Source of the DNA: Paraspadella gotoi | Lineage: Eukaryota > Animalia > Chaetognatha | Assembly: GCA_051294375.1 (NCBI GenBank) | Contig: CM119264.1 | Location: 14,596,682-14,660,681 of the forward strand | Reading direction: 5' to 3' | DNA length: 64,000 bases | In this document: positions 15,401 to 63,924 of the stretch, one piece after another | Layout: each line of letters starts with the position of its first letter | How positions within the stretch are numbered: position 1 is the stretch's first letter | Translations under genes and position numbers: made by a program | Notes under the pieces: model-generated | What the model was told of the DNA's origin: nothing | The model's database searches: none | What the model saw: the letters and a program-made list of their open reading frames with translations, nothing else

Positions 15401-18400
15401 CAGTGTGAGGAGTTTCCGAATTCCCTCCAGCAGTTTGTCTAAGGCATCGCTAAGTTTGTCCACAGATTCTTCCTTGGATAGTTTTGAGACCACCTGTGGT
15501 TCAAAAATGGCAGCGGCATCAGGGTACGTTAAAAACTACAGATTTTCTAGTTCAATCCCTCAAAGAATTCATGTTTGACTTACTTGCGTTCCGTCGGGAA
15601 GGACTTTGATAAAGCGTTCCTGTCCGCTGAGCGTTTGCTTGAGTCGATCCAAAGCGTGGCTGATGTCCAGAATCTCCGTTCGCCCCAGCATCGCGCAGAT
15701 GGCGTGCGTCGCCTTTGTGGATAAATTTTAGTACAGTAGGCAAAAGAGTTTGCGCGACATCGATCTTCAAGGAAAAGTATAGAGTAGACTACAACCTAAA
15801 CTAACAAATTGTAGAAGATTTATAACAAAAATAAATATTAAAAATATTTTCTCAAGATTACCTGAAAAACTCCTTTGTTGACGACGTGGCAGCCGTCGGG
15901 TGCTGACAGTGCCATCTCACGCAAACGACTCACTTCACGATCCAAAGTTTCCATAAGGATTTCCAGATTTCCTTCAGTCAACCCCACGGCTTTTGGACGG
16001 GGACGAACCTAAAATCAAGTTTTAAAGAGTGGTCAAAAGTCAAAGCAACTGATTGTCAATAAATTTAGAAATCCATAAAACTTTGTATGATTAACAACGA
16101 ACCTTTAAAAGGTCATCGCGAATTTCCTCATAGTTGTTGACAGTGGCGTCAATGCCGCCGTTGACGAGCGATGCGCCGCGCTGAAGCGTTGGGTGACCCG
16201 AAGCATCCGTAGCTGGGGAAACAGGTCTGTCAGTCACTAAAGAAAAAGAACGAGTAGCTGTCTCAGAAAATAAAAAGAGAAAGCATGGAAAGAAAATAAA
16301 AATAAAATAAAAAGAAAAGAGAAAGTGAGGAAGGAAACGATATAGAGGAAAAGAGAAGGAAATAACGCGAAAAAAAGGAAAAAAAATAACAAGAAAAAGA
16401 AAAGAAAGAAATAACAAAAAAAAAGAAAAAAAAGAAAGAAGAAAAAAAAGAAAAAAAAGAAAGAAGAAGAAAAAAAGAAAGAAGAAAAAAAAGAAAGAAG
16501 AAGAAAAAAACGAAAGAAGAAAAAAAGGAAAAAATAATGAGAAAAAAAATAAAGAAAAAAAAGAAAAATAGAAAAAAGAAAAAGAGAAAGAAAAAAAGAG
16601 AAAGAGAGAAGGAGAAAAGGAGAAAAGTAGAAAAAGAATAGAAAAAGAAATAAAAAGAAGAAATAAACTGCCAGCTGCGAAACACTGACCGTGGCCTTGT
16701 ATGGCGTAATAAGACCTCTGAATGGCTGACTCGCGACTGACTAAAACGAACTTTACTGGAACCACAGTGCCGCCAACCATTACTCCGTGATGCACGTATT
16801 CGTATTCCTAAATATTAATACATCAGTAACAATAAATATTATAGAAATCAAAAGAAAAAAGTTGCCGATGTATTCACGAAGCTGGGACCTTCAGAAGAGA
16901 GTCGGAGTCGAGATACTCGACTCTGCCGTGCAGCTTGAGGAGGTAGAAATCAGTGGAGAGGGAGACGACGGCCTCCATGACTTGAGTTTGCCTCAACACG
17001 TTGCAGATGATGTGATCTATTGACACGGAAACTGAAGGAAGAGGGGATAAATGAATTATGATTATCGAAATACGGATCGAGGAGATCGAAAATTACCGTC
17101 GCAGGGAAACGCGACTGGCGGGAGTCTGACGCCCGGTTGGAGAATCTCTTCCGACAATTCTACTACGACGTTGACGGTGTCAATGCCGGATAGATGACCA
17201 AAGGCCTCGCCGAGGAACATGCGCGACGCAATCACCACCATGCCGCCTGACGATTAATAAAACGACAGGAATGAAATAAAAGTTTAAATCGCAAGGTACA
17301 TCGATAGAGGGACTCGCCTCTGATCGGCAGACCGGAAGCTGCCGAAGCCAACGTTTCCTTTCCTCCGACGGCTACGGCGGCCTCCAGGCGCGAAATTTCC
17401 ACATTTGTTTTTACCCTGTGAACAAAAAACGAAAAAAAATTCACAGTAATAATAATATGAAGTAATTTAAATTTAATTTCATACCGTTCGACCATACGGC
17501 AGAATGTAGTGAACCCAGCATCGTCGTCCAGCGTCTGCTGAGTTTTATAATTCATTCCAGAACCTAGAATAGCGGGGTCCGACTTTTTCTCATCTCCTCC
17601 TGGAACAGGCGCTGGCCTCGGAGGGGCAGTTTTATTGTCCCTGAAGCAGATAATATGCCTTAAATCTACGCTGGTACTTTTTTAAACGCAACCAAGTTAC
17701 CTGTAAAGTCGAGGAGGCAATCTAGGAGGAGGACTGTAATGAGGTGAAGTAGCGTCAACCGTGGGTGGAGATTCGACCGAGGCGGCGGCGGGAGCATCGG
17801 TCGGCGTCGTCGATGTTTCATCATCCTTGGAGTTTGCCGTTTCTCGATCTGGCACTGGCGCCGGCGACTGAGCCGATGAAGACGATGAAGCCGGACTCGC
17901 AACGGATTCTGGTTCAGCGCCACCTACGGCTCCTTCCTCGCTAGTCGCAGCGACGGTGCGCTCGTCTTCGGAAAACTCGTCCTCGTCGTCCTCAAGCTCG
18001 GGCGGAAGTTGAAAGAGTGGATCGAAGTTTGCCAAGATGGTCTCGTAGTCAGTCCTGCCTTGTTTAAACTTGACGCCGTGTCCGGTACCCAAATGAATCA
18101 AGTCTTTTGTAGGCGTTCTTTGTCCGCCGCCGCCGGCGACCCGGGAGGGAGATACTGAGGCGGAGGTGGCGCCAGCCAGCGGCATCGTCAACGAATTCGT
18201 GTCGATCAGCGCTGCAGCCGAATTCAGATGCAACGAATTGCCGGGCAGTGCGATCGGCGCTACGACGGGAGGCGGGACGGACGGACCGACAAACGGGGTC
18301 GGCGTCGAAAGATGGCGATGCTGCTGGAGGCGATACTGTAGATGCTGCTGTATATGGTACTGCTGAAGTTGCTGCTGATGCTGTTGCTGCTGAAATAGAT

Positions 18401-21400
18401 GTTGGCTCACTTGAGAAGAGGATTGATTTTGCTTGGCAGCCGAAGATTGCTGATGACCGGAAGTAAATGAGTTCTCGCGGCTCGCGGCCATCTCGCGCCT
18501 CGAAGCTGCCAATTCATTGACTTTGTGTAGGAGATCGAGGGTGGAGCCACCGGATGTCAAACGGGACGTGGAGATACCGGGGGTAGAAGAATGTGGACCA
18601 AAAGAGGAGTTAAGGAGAAATGAGGGCGTTTCGATCGTCGGCGATTGAAGGTACGCGGTAAGGCCACCTGATTTGATTATTATAAATTAAAAAAATAACT
18701 TTATGATTGCTTTTCCAACGATTTTTTCGTTTCATCTCTAAACTATTTTAAATAGCAAAAAAGAAAGTCAAAATACAATGATAAATAAAAAAAATAACTT
18801 ATCAGTTAACAAATCTTAAAATATTGATTGGGTAAAGTTGGGTAAAGTCAATATAAAAATTCGGAATTGAACTTTTTGTAACGGTTATCAAAAATCGGTT
18901 AAGGAACATACCGACGTTAGCGACTCCGGTCAACTCTCCTTGATCTATGCCCTCTCCGCCTTCAGCGCCAACAGGGGCGTATGCTGCGTTGGTGAGGAGC
19001 GCCGCCGCATAAGACTTTCGAGGCGGCAAAGGAGAGATAGACGTTGGCGGAGTGTCCGAATACGGGGGAGGAGGAGTTACCGAATAAGGGGGCGGCGGAG
19101 TTTGAGGGTAAGGAGCCAAGGTGGAGGAATTGCCAGCAACGCCTCCACCCTGTTTGCTTGTGTCGAGTTGCGTCTTGGCAAGGTGCGACGCCAAGGAGTA
19201 GACACAGTAGTCGGCCTGTCCAGACATTTGATTCTGCATCTGAAAAAAAATAAAATTGGAAATAGCCCAAATTATCAAAATATAGAACTTGAGTAAATGC
19301 CGCTTTTATACCTTGCTCCTCGGTTGCCGCGGCAACGAGTGCATATTGAGCCTGTGGTGTCGATGCGCGGTGTTGTTGCGTGCCACGGCGAGAGAATTGA
19401 GAAGCGCGCGCTCCGAGGGCGTTCCGCCCGAAGACGGCAAATCAGTCCGGTGGCCGGGTCCGAGGTAGGCGTGGTGAAGGTGGGCGTGGTGATGATGGTG
19501 GAGGTGGATTCCAGTGGGCGGGGCAAGGGTTCCGGTTCGCAGCGACTGTCGCCGAATCTCGTCCCACCTGGCAGTCTCGAGACTCAGCGCTTCCGCTCTC
19601 GCCAATTCGGCCAGAAAGGCTCGATCCGTGTCGGAGAGTTCGCGCCACTGAATGGTAAAAGGAGGTTGAAAGATTTTTGCTAAAAGTTTAACTCAAACTA
19701 AAAGAGGAGAGGAGAGGAAATCGGCGCATTACCTGAGGAGGTTGATCCCCAGCGCCGTGGCTGCAGTTGCGTTTGAGGCAAATTCCATCTTTTCTTTTGG
19801 TCGGTCGGCGTGTTTCCGAGACAGATGTCCTATTCGCGTCGCGCGTGGCATCGAGCGTGACATCACGAGTCACGTCTAACGCCGCCTGGTGGCGTTCCGA
19901 CGAGACGAAGGCACGAGCGTCATGGGCGACGCCAGCTTCCGCCTCCGAAGTTGAATCGCAACTAATTTCCCGCCTGAATAGTAGAGAATGCGAACAAAAA
20001 TTTTATTTGAGTGAACAAACAAGGATTATTTTGACGTGAGATTATATGATTATCGAGTACAAAAAAATTTTGTTTATATTGTTTAGGGAATAGTATAATA
20101 AATTACATTATATTTATAGTAATATTCTTATAAAATATTAAATTCTCAAAATATTTTTTGGGGAATTTTTATTACAGATTCCGATTTTTTATGAAAAGTT
20201 GAGTCTAAAAATATAAAAATGTTATTAAAACTTCCAATGTCTTCAGCTTAAAAAAATAAAAAAGTCAAAATGTTTTAATATTTTTACTCTCTGTAGTACT
20301 AGTAGAAACTATTATATGATGAAACGTTTTACTCATTTTTCGCCGCTTTAACATAAAAATATCATAAAACATATTTTACAAAAGTTTCTTAAGTTTTTCC
20401 GGTGAATTCGATTTTGTTTTTAAATTTCAAAAATTTTTATTTTCTACGGTTAATTAATTTTTTTGTTAAATAGGGCCAAATTATTTTTCATTATATAAAA
20501 TATTGAAAAGGCAGCAAAAGAACATTGTTCAATCGCTCAATCTTTTCATCGCTCCACCCTACAGAATAGTGATAGTTACTTTAAATTCATATGCCTACAC
20601 TCTCTACTCTAGGCCTTTTTTATCTTTCTACAAATTATTCAACAATGATGTATCATTGCAAAGGGATTCTAAATAAAACGAAGGTTTAAGAGCAAAAATA
20701 CTCATGAGGTCGATTTACAACTTTTTTTTAATTAATCGTTTCTGTGGCCTAGAAATCATCCGTGCTGAATGATCAACGAAGTAGAAAAAAAGCTGTTCGC
20801 TCAACCGTGAAATTGACTTCAGAAATAAAATTTTTATGAAGTCGGTTTTAAATTCCATAAAAATCTCCTCGCAGAAAACATAAAACAAATAGACGAGAAA
20901 CCGCGTTCCAAAAATTAAACCCATTCTCAGCTACGACGTTATTAATTCATTACAAGTGCGTCTCATATACAAACCTGATACGGCTGTGCCCTTGGCTATT
21001 CTCAAGAATGTTGGGTTCCGAATGTGGTCGGGGCGGTTGGGAATGCGGGGCGCCTTCGTCCCTCTCGGTGGCGTTGGACTCGAGCCTCCGACGATGTCTC
21101 GGTACCTTCTTCTGGCACTCCTCGTGGAAAGTCTGGAGACTAAGGATCTTTGCCAATTCCAAATCCGCCGCTTCCTGTACGAAAATTTTTGGAAAGGAAT
21201 TAAATTTTAAAATAAGAACGAAGTGGGTCATTAGATTAAGGGATGCTTTTTGCTTAGCAACAGAGGCGAGCTTTTCCATAGGTAAAAAGTCGAATTTTAA
21301 ATTTAAGGATAAATATAAAATGAAAAGCTCCTACTCTTATGAGTTTAGGGTCACGTCTTAAGGCAGATTTTATTTGTTTCCACCCGCGACAATTAATCTA

Positions 21401-21749
21401 AACTAATTTGCATTGAAAGGTGCGGCGAAAAGAAAGCGGTGAAAGTGCTAAAATGGGGTGCTAAAATAGCAGGGAGCTAAAAGGTTCCTAAAATCGCCAG
21501 GGGGTTCCACACAGGTGATCTTACGTCTCCCGTGGACGTTGTTCCTTCGTTGTTTTCACGGAAAGTGTCTTCGGATTCGGCGGCATCTTTTTGGGACGCC
21601 GGTCCATTGACGGGACGTCGAGGAGGCAAGGGCGGCGGCGATGTTGTACCACCATTAGGTGGCGAAGGGGGCGGACGTTGGGCAGAGGGAAGACGATCCG
21701 TTGCACCGCCGGCCTCAGTCGAGACGCGTGATGTTTTCGTCGACGCCAT
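7807..21749 (-). CDS. PIK3C2A: Class II phosphoinositide 3-kinase (PI3K-C2alpha/Pi3K68D-like), 5' two-thirds; kinase, PX and C-terminal C2 domains not in window
   Basis: Low-complexity N-terminus with [13 protein letters not shown]; C2 domain ([11 protein letters not shown]; [33 protein letters not shown]; [10 protein letters not shown]; QGPQLLPLW); helical domain exons 12645-12495 ([15 protein letters not shown]), 11749-11537 ([35 protein letters not shown]), 8467-8373 (CLRYE..LSEFLL..AHKLYW), ~8255-8141, ~8050-7978, 7821-7807. Confidence 0.92.
8613..11214 (+). CDS. RFX: RFX1/2/3-type winged-helix transcription factor, 4 exons (8613-9155, 9308-10606, ~10698-10934, ~11026-11214)
   Basis: DNA-binding domain [64 protein letters not shown]; dimerisation domain [18 protein letters not shown] and [34 protein letters not shown]; AATAAA at 11470. 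Confidence 0.96.
16265..16665. repeat. 400-bp A/G low-complexity tract (polypyrimidine on the PI3K sense strand) filling an intron
   Basis: Almost purely purine on plus strand; source of spurious Phe/Ser-rich ORFs. Confidence 0.95.
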
Positions 21750-22395
21750 TAGTTTTTTTTATTTTTTTATTTTTATTACAATCTTGCAGTCATCGTTTCT
21801 GTAGATAAATTTAGCTATCCGCTAATCGCTAAACAGGAAACTGATTTTGCTGCATGCGGAAAGGCGCTTTAAAAGTTTAGCCTTGATAGTTCTAAGGAAA
21901 TCATGTCAACGGGTTACATTAAAAGACAAATTTCAGGATTGGGAAAGCTTAAAAAAGTTTTTATAAAATGGTGATGAAACGACAAAACCAGAAGATGAAA
22001 TAAAAGAAAGTTTTAATTAAGTAGAGTTGACAAAACGAGCATCATCAAAGAGACAGATAGAGAAGGTTGCGTGAACATGAAAATGTTAAAAAAAGCAAAT
22101 GCCCAACAAGATTGCGGTTGAAAATCAGTGAGTTAGTCTTACTTCCGTGTGATGAGGGCGCAATTATCACTAGAAATCGATGGTGATGCGACACATTTTC
22201 TTGTTGCGCTTATCATGTAGACTCGATTATCACTCATCTGGTGTCATTATGTAAAAAAGTTCATAAATATACGCACCTATATCTTGAGAAGGCGTGTTCA
22301 GAAATTGGATTGGCCACTGGCGCGGGACTCGTGTAGCAATTGATGGGGAGAGAGAGTGAGAACGAGAGGAACTGCGGACTGCGGTTCTGGCCTGG

Positions 22396-22447
<52 letters not shown>

Positions 22448-22572
22448 AGAGAGAGAGAGGAGAGAGAGAGGCAGAGAGAGAGAGAGAGAGAGAGATTTGA
22501 AAAGGAAAAAAGGACGAGGAGCGGCAGTCTTTTCCTCCCTGATGTGATCTCGGAGCTGTGAGCCAAGAAAAT

Positions 22573-22586
22573 GCGTCACGTGACGC
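22573..22586. promoter_or_regulatory. Palindromic extended E-box GCGTCACGTGACGC (USF/TFEB-MITF CLEAR-type core GTCACGTGAC) in a GC-rich putative PI3K-C2 promoter
   Basis: Perfect 14-bp palindrome about 820 bp upstream of the PI3K-C2 ATG, beside a (GA)n tract at 22399-22495; function inferred only. Confidence 0.45.
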
Positions 22587-22932
22587 GCGTGAGCGAGCAA
22601 GCGCGCGTGAGAGAGAGCGAGAGGCTGCTCGCTGGGTCTTTTGCCGTCTCGATTTGTTGTCTCGGGGGAATGTTCCGTTGACTTTTTAGGAAAAGGGAAT
22701 TTGCTCCTCGAGTTTTCTGAGACTAGAACGCGATACTCGTGCCTCTAATTTTGAGGAATAACTTAGGATTCGGGTCCAGATCGTGACTAATTAATTCAAG
22801 GGAGGCACCGAAAGAGCGCGGGATGACGACGACCACGAAGACGACGAGGAAACAAAAGATCCTCCTCCATCGAGTTCCGACCAACTGTCTCTTCCACATG
22901 AATTTCAATTTGAAAGCCGAAGAATCCAGCCT

Positions 22933-22978
22933 GGGCTATTCCAGGGCTATTCCAGGCTATTCCAGGCTATTCCAGGGC
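22933..22978. repeat. Short tandem repeat GGCTATTCCA(G) x4
   Basis: Direct reading; a separate 25-bp-period tandem duplication lies at 23247-23292. Confidence 0.9.
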
Positions 22979-23372
22979 TTAATATTTTGACATAGTTTGA
23001 CTTCTTGACGGAAAATAATGGTTATTGCATCATCGTAGTTTTTTTAGAAAACGTTATTATTTACTGACTTTTCATATTCGAATTCACATTAAAAAGCCTC
23101 TTCAAAGTGCATTTAAATATGAATTATGAAAGTTGAAACTCAAGCGGACCTCATCTTGGTTAGAAGAGGTTTATAGTTTCTTTGAAAACTATTAAGAGTG
23201 GTTTTTACAGCTGGTATCGTCGCTTGTAACTGTGATATGAATCTGCGACCGTATAAATAAACTAAATCTTCGACCGTATAAATAAACTAAATTTAAAAAA
23301 TGAAAAAAAAACTAAGTAAAAAAATTGTGATTGATTTATTTAAAACGTAATTTATAACTAAAGTACACATTG

Positions 23373-25034
23373 TTACAAATTGTTCAACCTGTCCTGATTT
23401 ATTCGATAGACTTCCTTTAATCTTTCTTTTCGTTTTTGAATTTCTTCATTCTCTCCAAAGGCAATATCAGCCATATATTTCTTTTCTCGAGGTGAAGCGA
23501 TTTTCAAATCCTTTAGATCCGACCCGTAATATTCTTTAACCTGCAAAAAACTTGTTAGTTAAATTTTATTCGCTTAATATTCGTTTAATTTTCGAAATTT
23601 TACTTGTTGATTCATAGATGCTTGTAACTCCTTCCATTCCGCACACGCAGTCGGTAGACCCTCTAGAAATACGACAATTGTCAAAGTACATTCCCGCTTA
23701 AAATTTTAAGCCATGATACAGTGAGATATCCACCTCTTCTCCTATCACGAAACCAACCTTTACTGTCTTTGTTATTGGTGGGACAGCCGGCTCGTAACCA
23801 TTCATTGGCTCTCTTGCGCATGTTTGGAAATATTGGAGACTCGTCCAAGTAAGTTAATCCCTCTATTGCAAGAAGCATTTGATTTCTGTAGTTGTTTATT
23901 CTTTCCAAAAAAGGGTTTCCGCTAAGTTGAAGCACGTGTAGAATCTTCATTTGACCCAGGATTACCACGAAATCACTGGATTCGAAGCGATTTCGCGAAA
24001 GGTCTAATCTCGAAATATTCGGACATTTCTTGAGTTCATAGATTGAATCACCGCTTGCAAGTTGATTGTCAGCGATCTGCAGACTTTCTAAGAGTGGCAG
24101 CGATGACAAGCCTAATGAACAATAACAAATAAGTGCTTTGCTGTTAATTATTGAATTATATTGTTTTTTATCAGATCCTAAGCTAATACTACAATTGTTT
24201 ATACATGATACATTTTAAAAAAACATAGAGCTTTTATTCTGTTCAGTTATATACTCTGTCTACTGTCTAGTTATTCTACCTTCTATTTTCGTTATGTAGT
24301 TGTTGGAAAGATCCAATTCTTTGAGATTCTGGAGCGAATCAAGATTTTCTATCTTTTTAATCATATTTTGCTGCAAGAAGAGCGATCGCAATTCTTGCAG
24401 GCATCCAAGATTTTCTATTTTTTCTATTCCGTTAACCTATAGAAATAATAAGTATATGGATGTTTCAGTGAATTGTATTTTTATAAGATAAAAAACAAAA
24501 GAATACCTGCAAAAAAAGGCATCTCGCCTTGTCATAATCTTCCAAGTTCTCAATTTTCCTGAAGCCTTTGTAATTTAAATACAAAATAGTATTGAGCCTT
24601 GGCATCGCGTAGCCCCCTCTTTGCTTGCAAATCTTTTTGGACGAATATAAAGTCAATTCCTTGGATGTTTTTTGTTTATTTTTACCTTACCTCTTTGAGA
24701 GTTTTTTTCGTCATTTTCGGCGCCAGTTCATTTCCTGATTTTGTCTTGCGTCGGCTCTGATACGCGATATCATTGGGTTTCGCCTCTTTGTTCGCATCTC
24801 CGCTGTAAGAAGGTTCATCTTTGTTTTGAACTCTTTTTTCTGGTTCGACCTGAAATTCTTTCCGACAATCAAGTTCCTCAGAGTCAGAGGCCTCGGTTTT
24901 GAAGACACTGGAAGATGAGGTAGAACCAGACTCATACTTGAAATCTTCTTTGGCGGGATTCTCTATCACAAATAAAAGTTAAAGCACCATGAAACGTAGC
25001 AAAAGGGGGAAACTGGCATTAACACACTCTCCTA

Positions 25035-25088
<54 letters not shown>

Positions 25089-25483
25089 GATATAAACCAC
25101 AAGTTACTCTGCTACATTATTAAATCTTATCCTTCCATTTTTTTTTCACTTTCAAACCTGCCGCGGCGCTCGAGCCTGTCAATCTTCTCCTCGGATTCCC
25201 CTCTTAAAATGTCAAATGCCTCGCGAAGCAGCGATTTAGTTCTCTGTTTTTCTTCCGATTTCACGTTCTTGAGAGGGCGGTGGTTGTCGTCGTCGTTTTC
25301 ATCGCCGTCAAACGAGCCGACCGTCTTCCCTGGTTCCATCCTTTCCGCGCCACCGATTAAATGGTCGCGATAAACCGATTTCGTCGCCGTCGATTTCGTC
25401 GTTTCTCCGTCGTCGATGTGATTCTGACGAGACCGCGGTTCCGTGACCGAGAGCGATTCGTCGCCATCATCGTTCAAGATCAT
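23373..25483 (-). CDS. DNAAF1: Dynein axonemal assembly factor 1 (LRRC50/ODA7)-like LRR protein, divergent
   Basis: KMTKKTLKE|[38 protein letters not shown]|[13 protein letters not shown]22-type LRRs, LRRcap [33 protein letters not shown]; stop at 23373-23375. Confidence 0.85.
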
Positions 25484-27094
25484 ACTGTTCGTCGTTGTTG
25501 TTAGTTTTCGATTGCGTTACCGCAGCTGTAGTTGTCTCGCATTCCGTGATAAACACTGTTTTGAGAGGATAAAATGTTAAAGAATCTTTTAAAAAATGTT
25601 GCTATTAATGAAAAACAAATTCTGTTTTCTCTTTAGAAATATTTATTTATTTAAATTTATATACCTATTAATATTTAGTTAATTTAAATAATTTGGTTCT
25701 AGACTGCCAATTTATAAACGAAAATGTTTTAACTTGGTCCTGGAGAACGAGAGAAATTTTCTTGAGAAAAAGACAGCAGTCACCTCGTACGTCAAGTCTC
25801 AACTGACCGCAGTCCCGTCTAAAAAGCAACAGTCGTCGTTGCCAAGTCGTTACCGAATCGGGCTCAGTGGGATTAAAGCGAATCTCGCGTGCCACCTGAG
25901 AGCCGACGGGTCCCGGCAGCTAATGATGATCATTTCGGGGAGGAAGGGGAACGAGAACTGGCAGAGTGGAGGTGGGAGGAGCAATGAAGAAGGAACGGAC
26001 TTTTGAGACGTGGGGAAGGCAGGAATGGAAGGGAAGAAAAGGAATGAGGGGGAAGAATTAGAAGATTGACAAATAGAAAGTTGTATTACCCAAATAGGGA
26101 AAGAAAATTGACGACAGTGATAATCATGAAAGTTTAGTAATCTTACAGTTACACATTCATTTTCGACTGATCCCTGCAAGCTTTCAATGAAAACGATATA
26201 TAATAGCAATTACAAGTCTGAAAGTAGCAAACCAAGATATATAAGGAATGATCGTAATGCTAAAAGTTATTCTCAATAGACCTCAACACTACTTTCTTAC
26301 CACAAACAGAGGACCCGAAGACCGTCTTATTATCAAACGAGCAGAGATGACGCCGACGACGACAGTTTCTTTACGTCTAAATCTATGAGTTCCACGGCTC
26401 CGACATGCAAAGACGAATCCTTTTCCAACTCTTCCCTCCAGTCCCCGCGCCTTTCCCGAAATCCGAATCCCGCCCCCCGACACCCGTCTTCTTCTCTAGG
26501 ATCCCCCCTCCCTTCGTCCGGAGCGAGAGGCCCCCGGAAACGGAGACCACCCGCACCCCTCTTCCCTCCAAAGGGCTTTTTACTCGAAGGAAGAATGAAT
26601 AAAAAAAAAGAAAGAAAATAGAAATGACGAAAACGATAAAAAAAAAATATGAATGATAAAACCAAAGAGAAAAAAAAGTAAGAAATTAAAAATAATCAGA
26701 GACTAAAAGAAAAAAGAAATATTCCGAGAATTCTGTTCCCAGTTTCTAAAAACGAACCATTACCATTAGAAAAAAAGAAGGAAAAAAAAGGCGGAAATTA
26801 TTCCATCGGGACGAACGGGAATATTTATAGACTTTGGAAAGAGTCATGAACGCGGAACGAACCACTCGTTATCATTCCGTCTTCATGTCATTTTCTTTCT
26901 TCCCTTCAACGTTCAAGTTTAATCATCAAAAATAGTATCTCTAGTGATTTTCTACCGAGCATTTGAGTTTCTCTCCTTTAATCCTAACAATAAGCTTTGA
27001 ATAAACAAAGATGGCGAATTCGGGTGGACATTCCCGGATTCGTGACTGGACCCGGATTTCTGTCTTTCTCCCATCGTAGAGGCCAAGATTCAAG

Positions 27095-27135
<41 letters not shown>

Positions 27136-28830
27136 TCCCTTACGCCATGATCGCCTTCATGAGAAAATGTCGTGCATCCATGTTGCAGGGCGTGGACGGC
27201 CCCCATGGCCTCGAATGGCGTGAGGAAGAAAAAAACCCAGACATGGATTTGGATATCGCGTCTACTCCCGAATCATGAACCATAGAGTAGTTTTCCATGA
27301 ATTATAGATAAGGCGGGAATTTTTTTTTGTTAACCTCACCATTTTTTAATCACGAGACGACATTATAAATTTGAAACAATAATTGTCGCCTAACAAATTT
27401 TCATAATTATCATCGACTCATCGCTTTTATGTTTGTATAAACGAAATTAATTTCATTTTTCTTTTTAATTCCCTTTCTAATGCTCTGTTGGAATTTTCAG
27501 TTCTCGTACAGTCGATCTTACCTTTTCCTTTCGTTTTTTCTCTCCACTCTTTTTTTCCCTTTTCGTTTTTGACTTTCCACTTCCTGACGGTACATTTCTA
27601 CCTCTCCACACTTCCTTACCTTTCCCTTTCTTCGTGCCAGGGATTCGGTGTTTCGACGCCTTTTCCTCATTCGTGGAGGAGTTGTGTTCCCCGACGAACG
27701 CAGAGCCTTAACCGCGGATTTTGTCAAGAAAAAAAATTTCAATCGACAAATATTGGATTAGTTTTTTTGAAACGTATTTTGAGCGGATTACGTCCGTTCT
27801 GATCGATCCCGGATAATTGCGTTTGGATTACTTTTTATCGGATTATTCATCGACAGAAAGTTCCTAAATATCCTTCGGGATTGATTGCGTGATCCGCAGG
27901 ATCGACCGCCAGGTTCGATTTTCATAGCTAAGTATGTATTTGTTTACCTAACGTGCAATTGAAAACTATACCATTTTAATTATGTTAATCAAAATTTTGG
28001 GAGTAAAATGAGAAACAAGACGTTGATTCAACTCACTGCCTTTCACACTCACAGGAGACTCGGGGAGTCGTAAAATGTCTCTTTTCACTTTCACCACGTC
28101 CCCGCTGCCTTCTCCTCCCCCCCTGGTCGCCTCGCATTCTCCTCGTTCTTCTTCTTCCTCCCGCGCCTCCTCTCCCTCTCGTCCCTCTTTCACTTCCTCT
28201 CTCTCCGTTTCCCTGGTGACGAGAACTTTGACTCCCTCCTTCACTCGCTCTCAATCGTTGTCGAGATTGCACCTATCACGATCGCACCAGTCATTCGTGA
28301 ACCCATCGCCGTGGCACCTGGCACTCCCAGATCCGTCGCCGGCGACAGCGCCGCCATCACCGCCGCCTCGTCCGTCTCTGTCTCTCGTCGACTTGACTTT
28401 GACACCGTCAATCTCGTGTCACTTGTATTGCACCTGTTCGACGCCACGCCTCTCGCCAAACCGCACCTGCGCGGCATTAGGTTACTCGCCTGGAGCCAGT
28501 TGCACGCGTCGAGGCCCGATCCAGCATCGGCGAGATAGAGACGAAAATAATCTGTGGGAAAACGGAGGTTGTCTTTTCGATATCTTCTCCGCCGATTTTT
28601 CACCTCGTAGTCTTCGTATTTAAGAAGAAAAACACCGTTTATTTTTTATGACAAAAAACATTCACTATTTATGGCAAAGCGTCACATTTTAAACTTTGTC
28701 TATTTAGTTTCGTTATTGACTAATATTCACTATTTGAAACGCACTGTACGTACCTATGAACTAATTATAATTTTCTTTTTTTCATTATCTTAGTAACCGA
28801 AAATAATTTGACATGTTCAGGCGGATTCGA

Positions 28831-63924
<35,094 letters not shown>

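Noticed and set aside
16091-16795. Long Phe/Ser-rich, (RE)n, (SL)n, (KKER)n and poly-His ORFs here and elsewhere in the ORF track
   Set aside because: Translations of intronic microsatellites, not genes
22933-23292. Short tandem repeats as a CRISPR-like array
   Set aside because: No unique spacers, eukaryotic context, no cas genes
25120-25160. Possible non-canonical GA-AG intron in DNAAF1 (GAAG|GATAAG)
   Set aside because: A canonical same-phase GT donor (GAAA|GTGAAA) lies a few codons upstream
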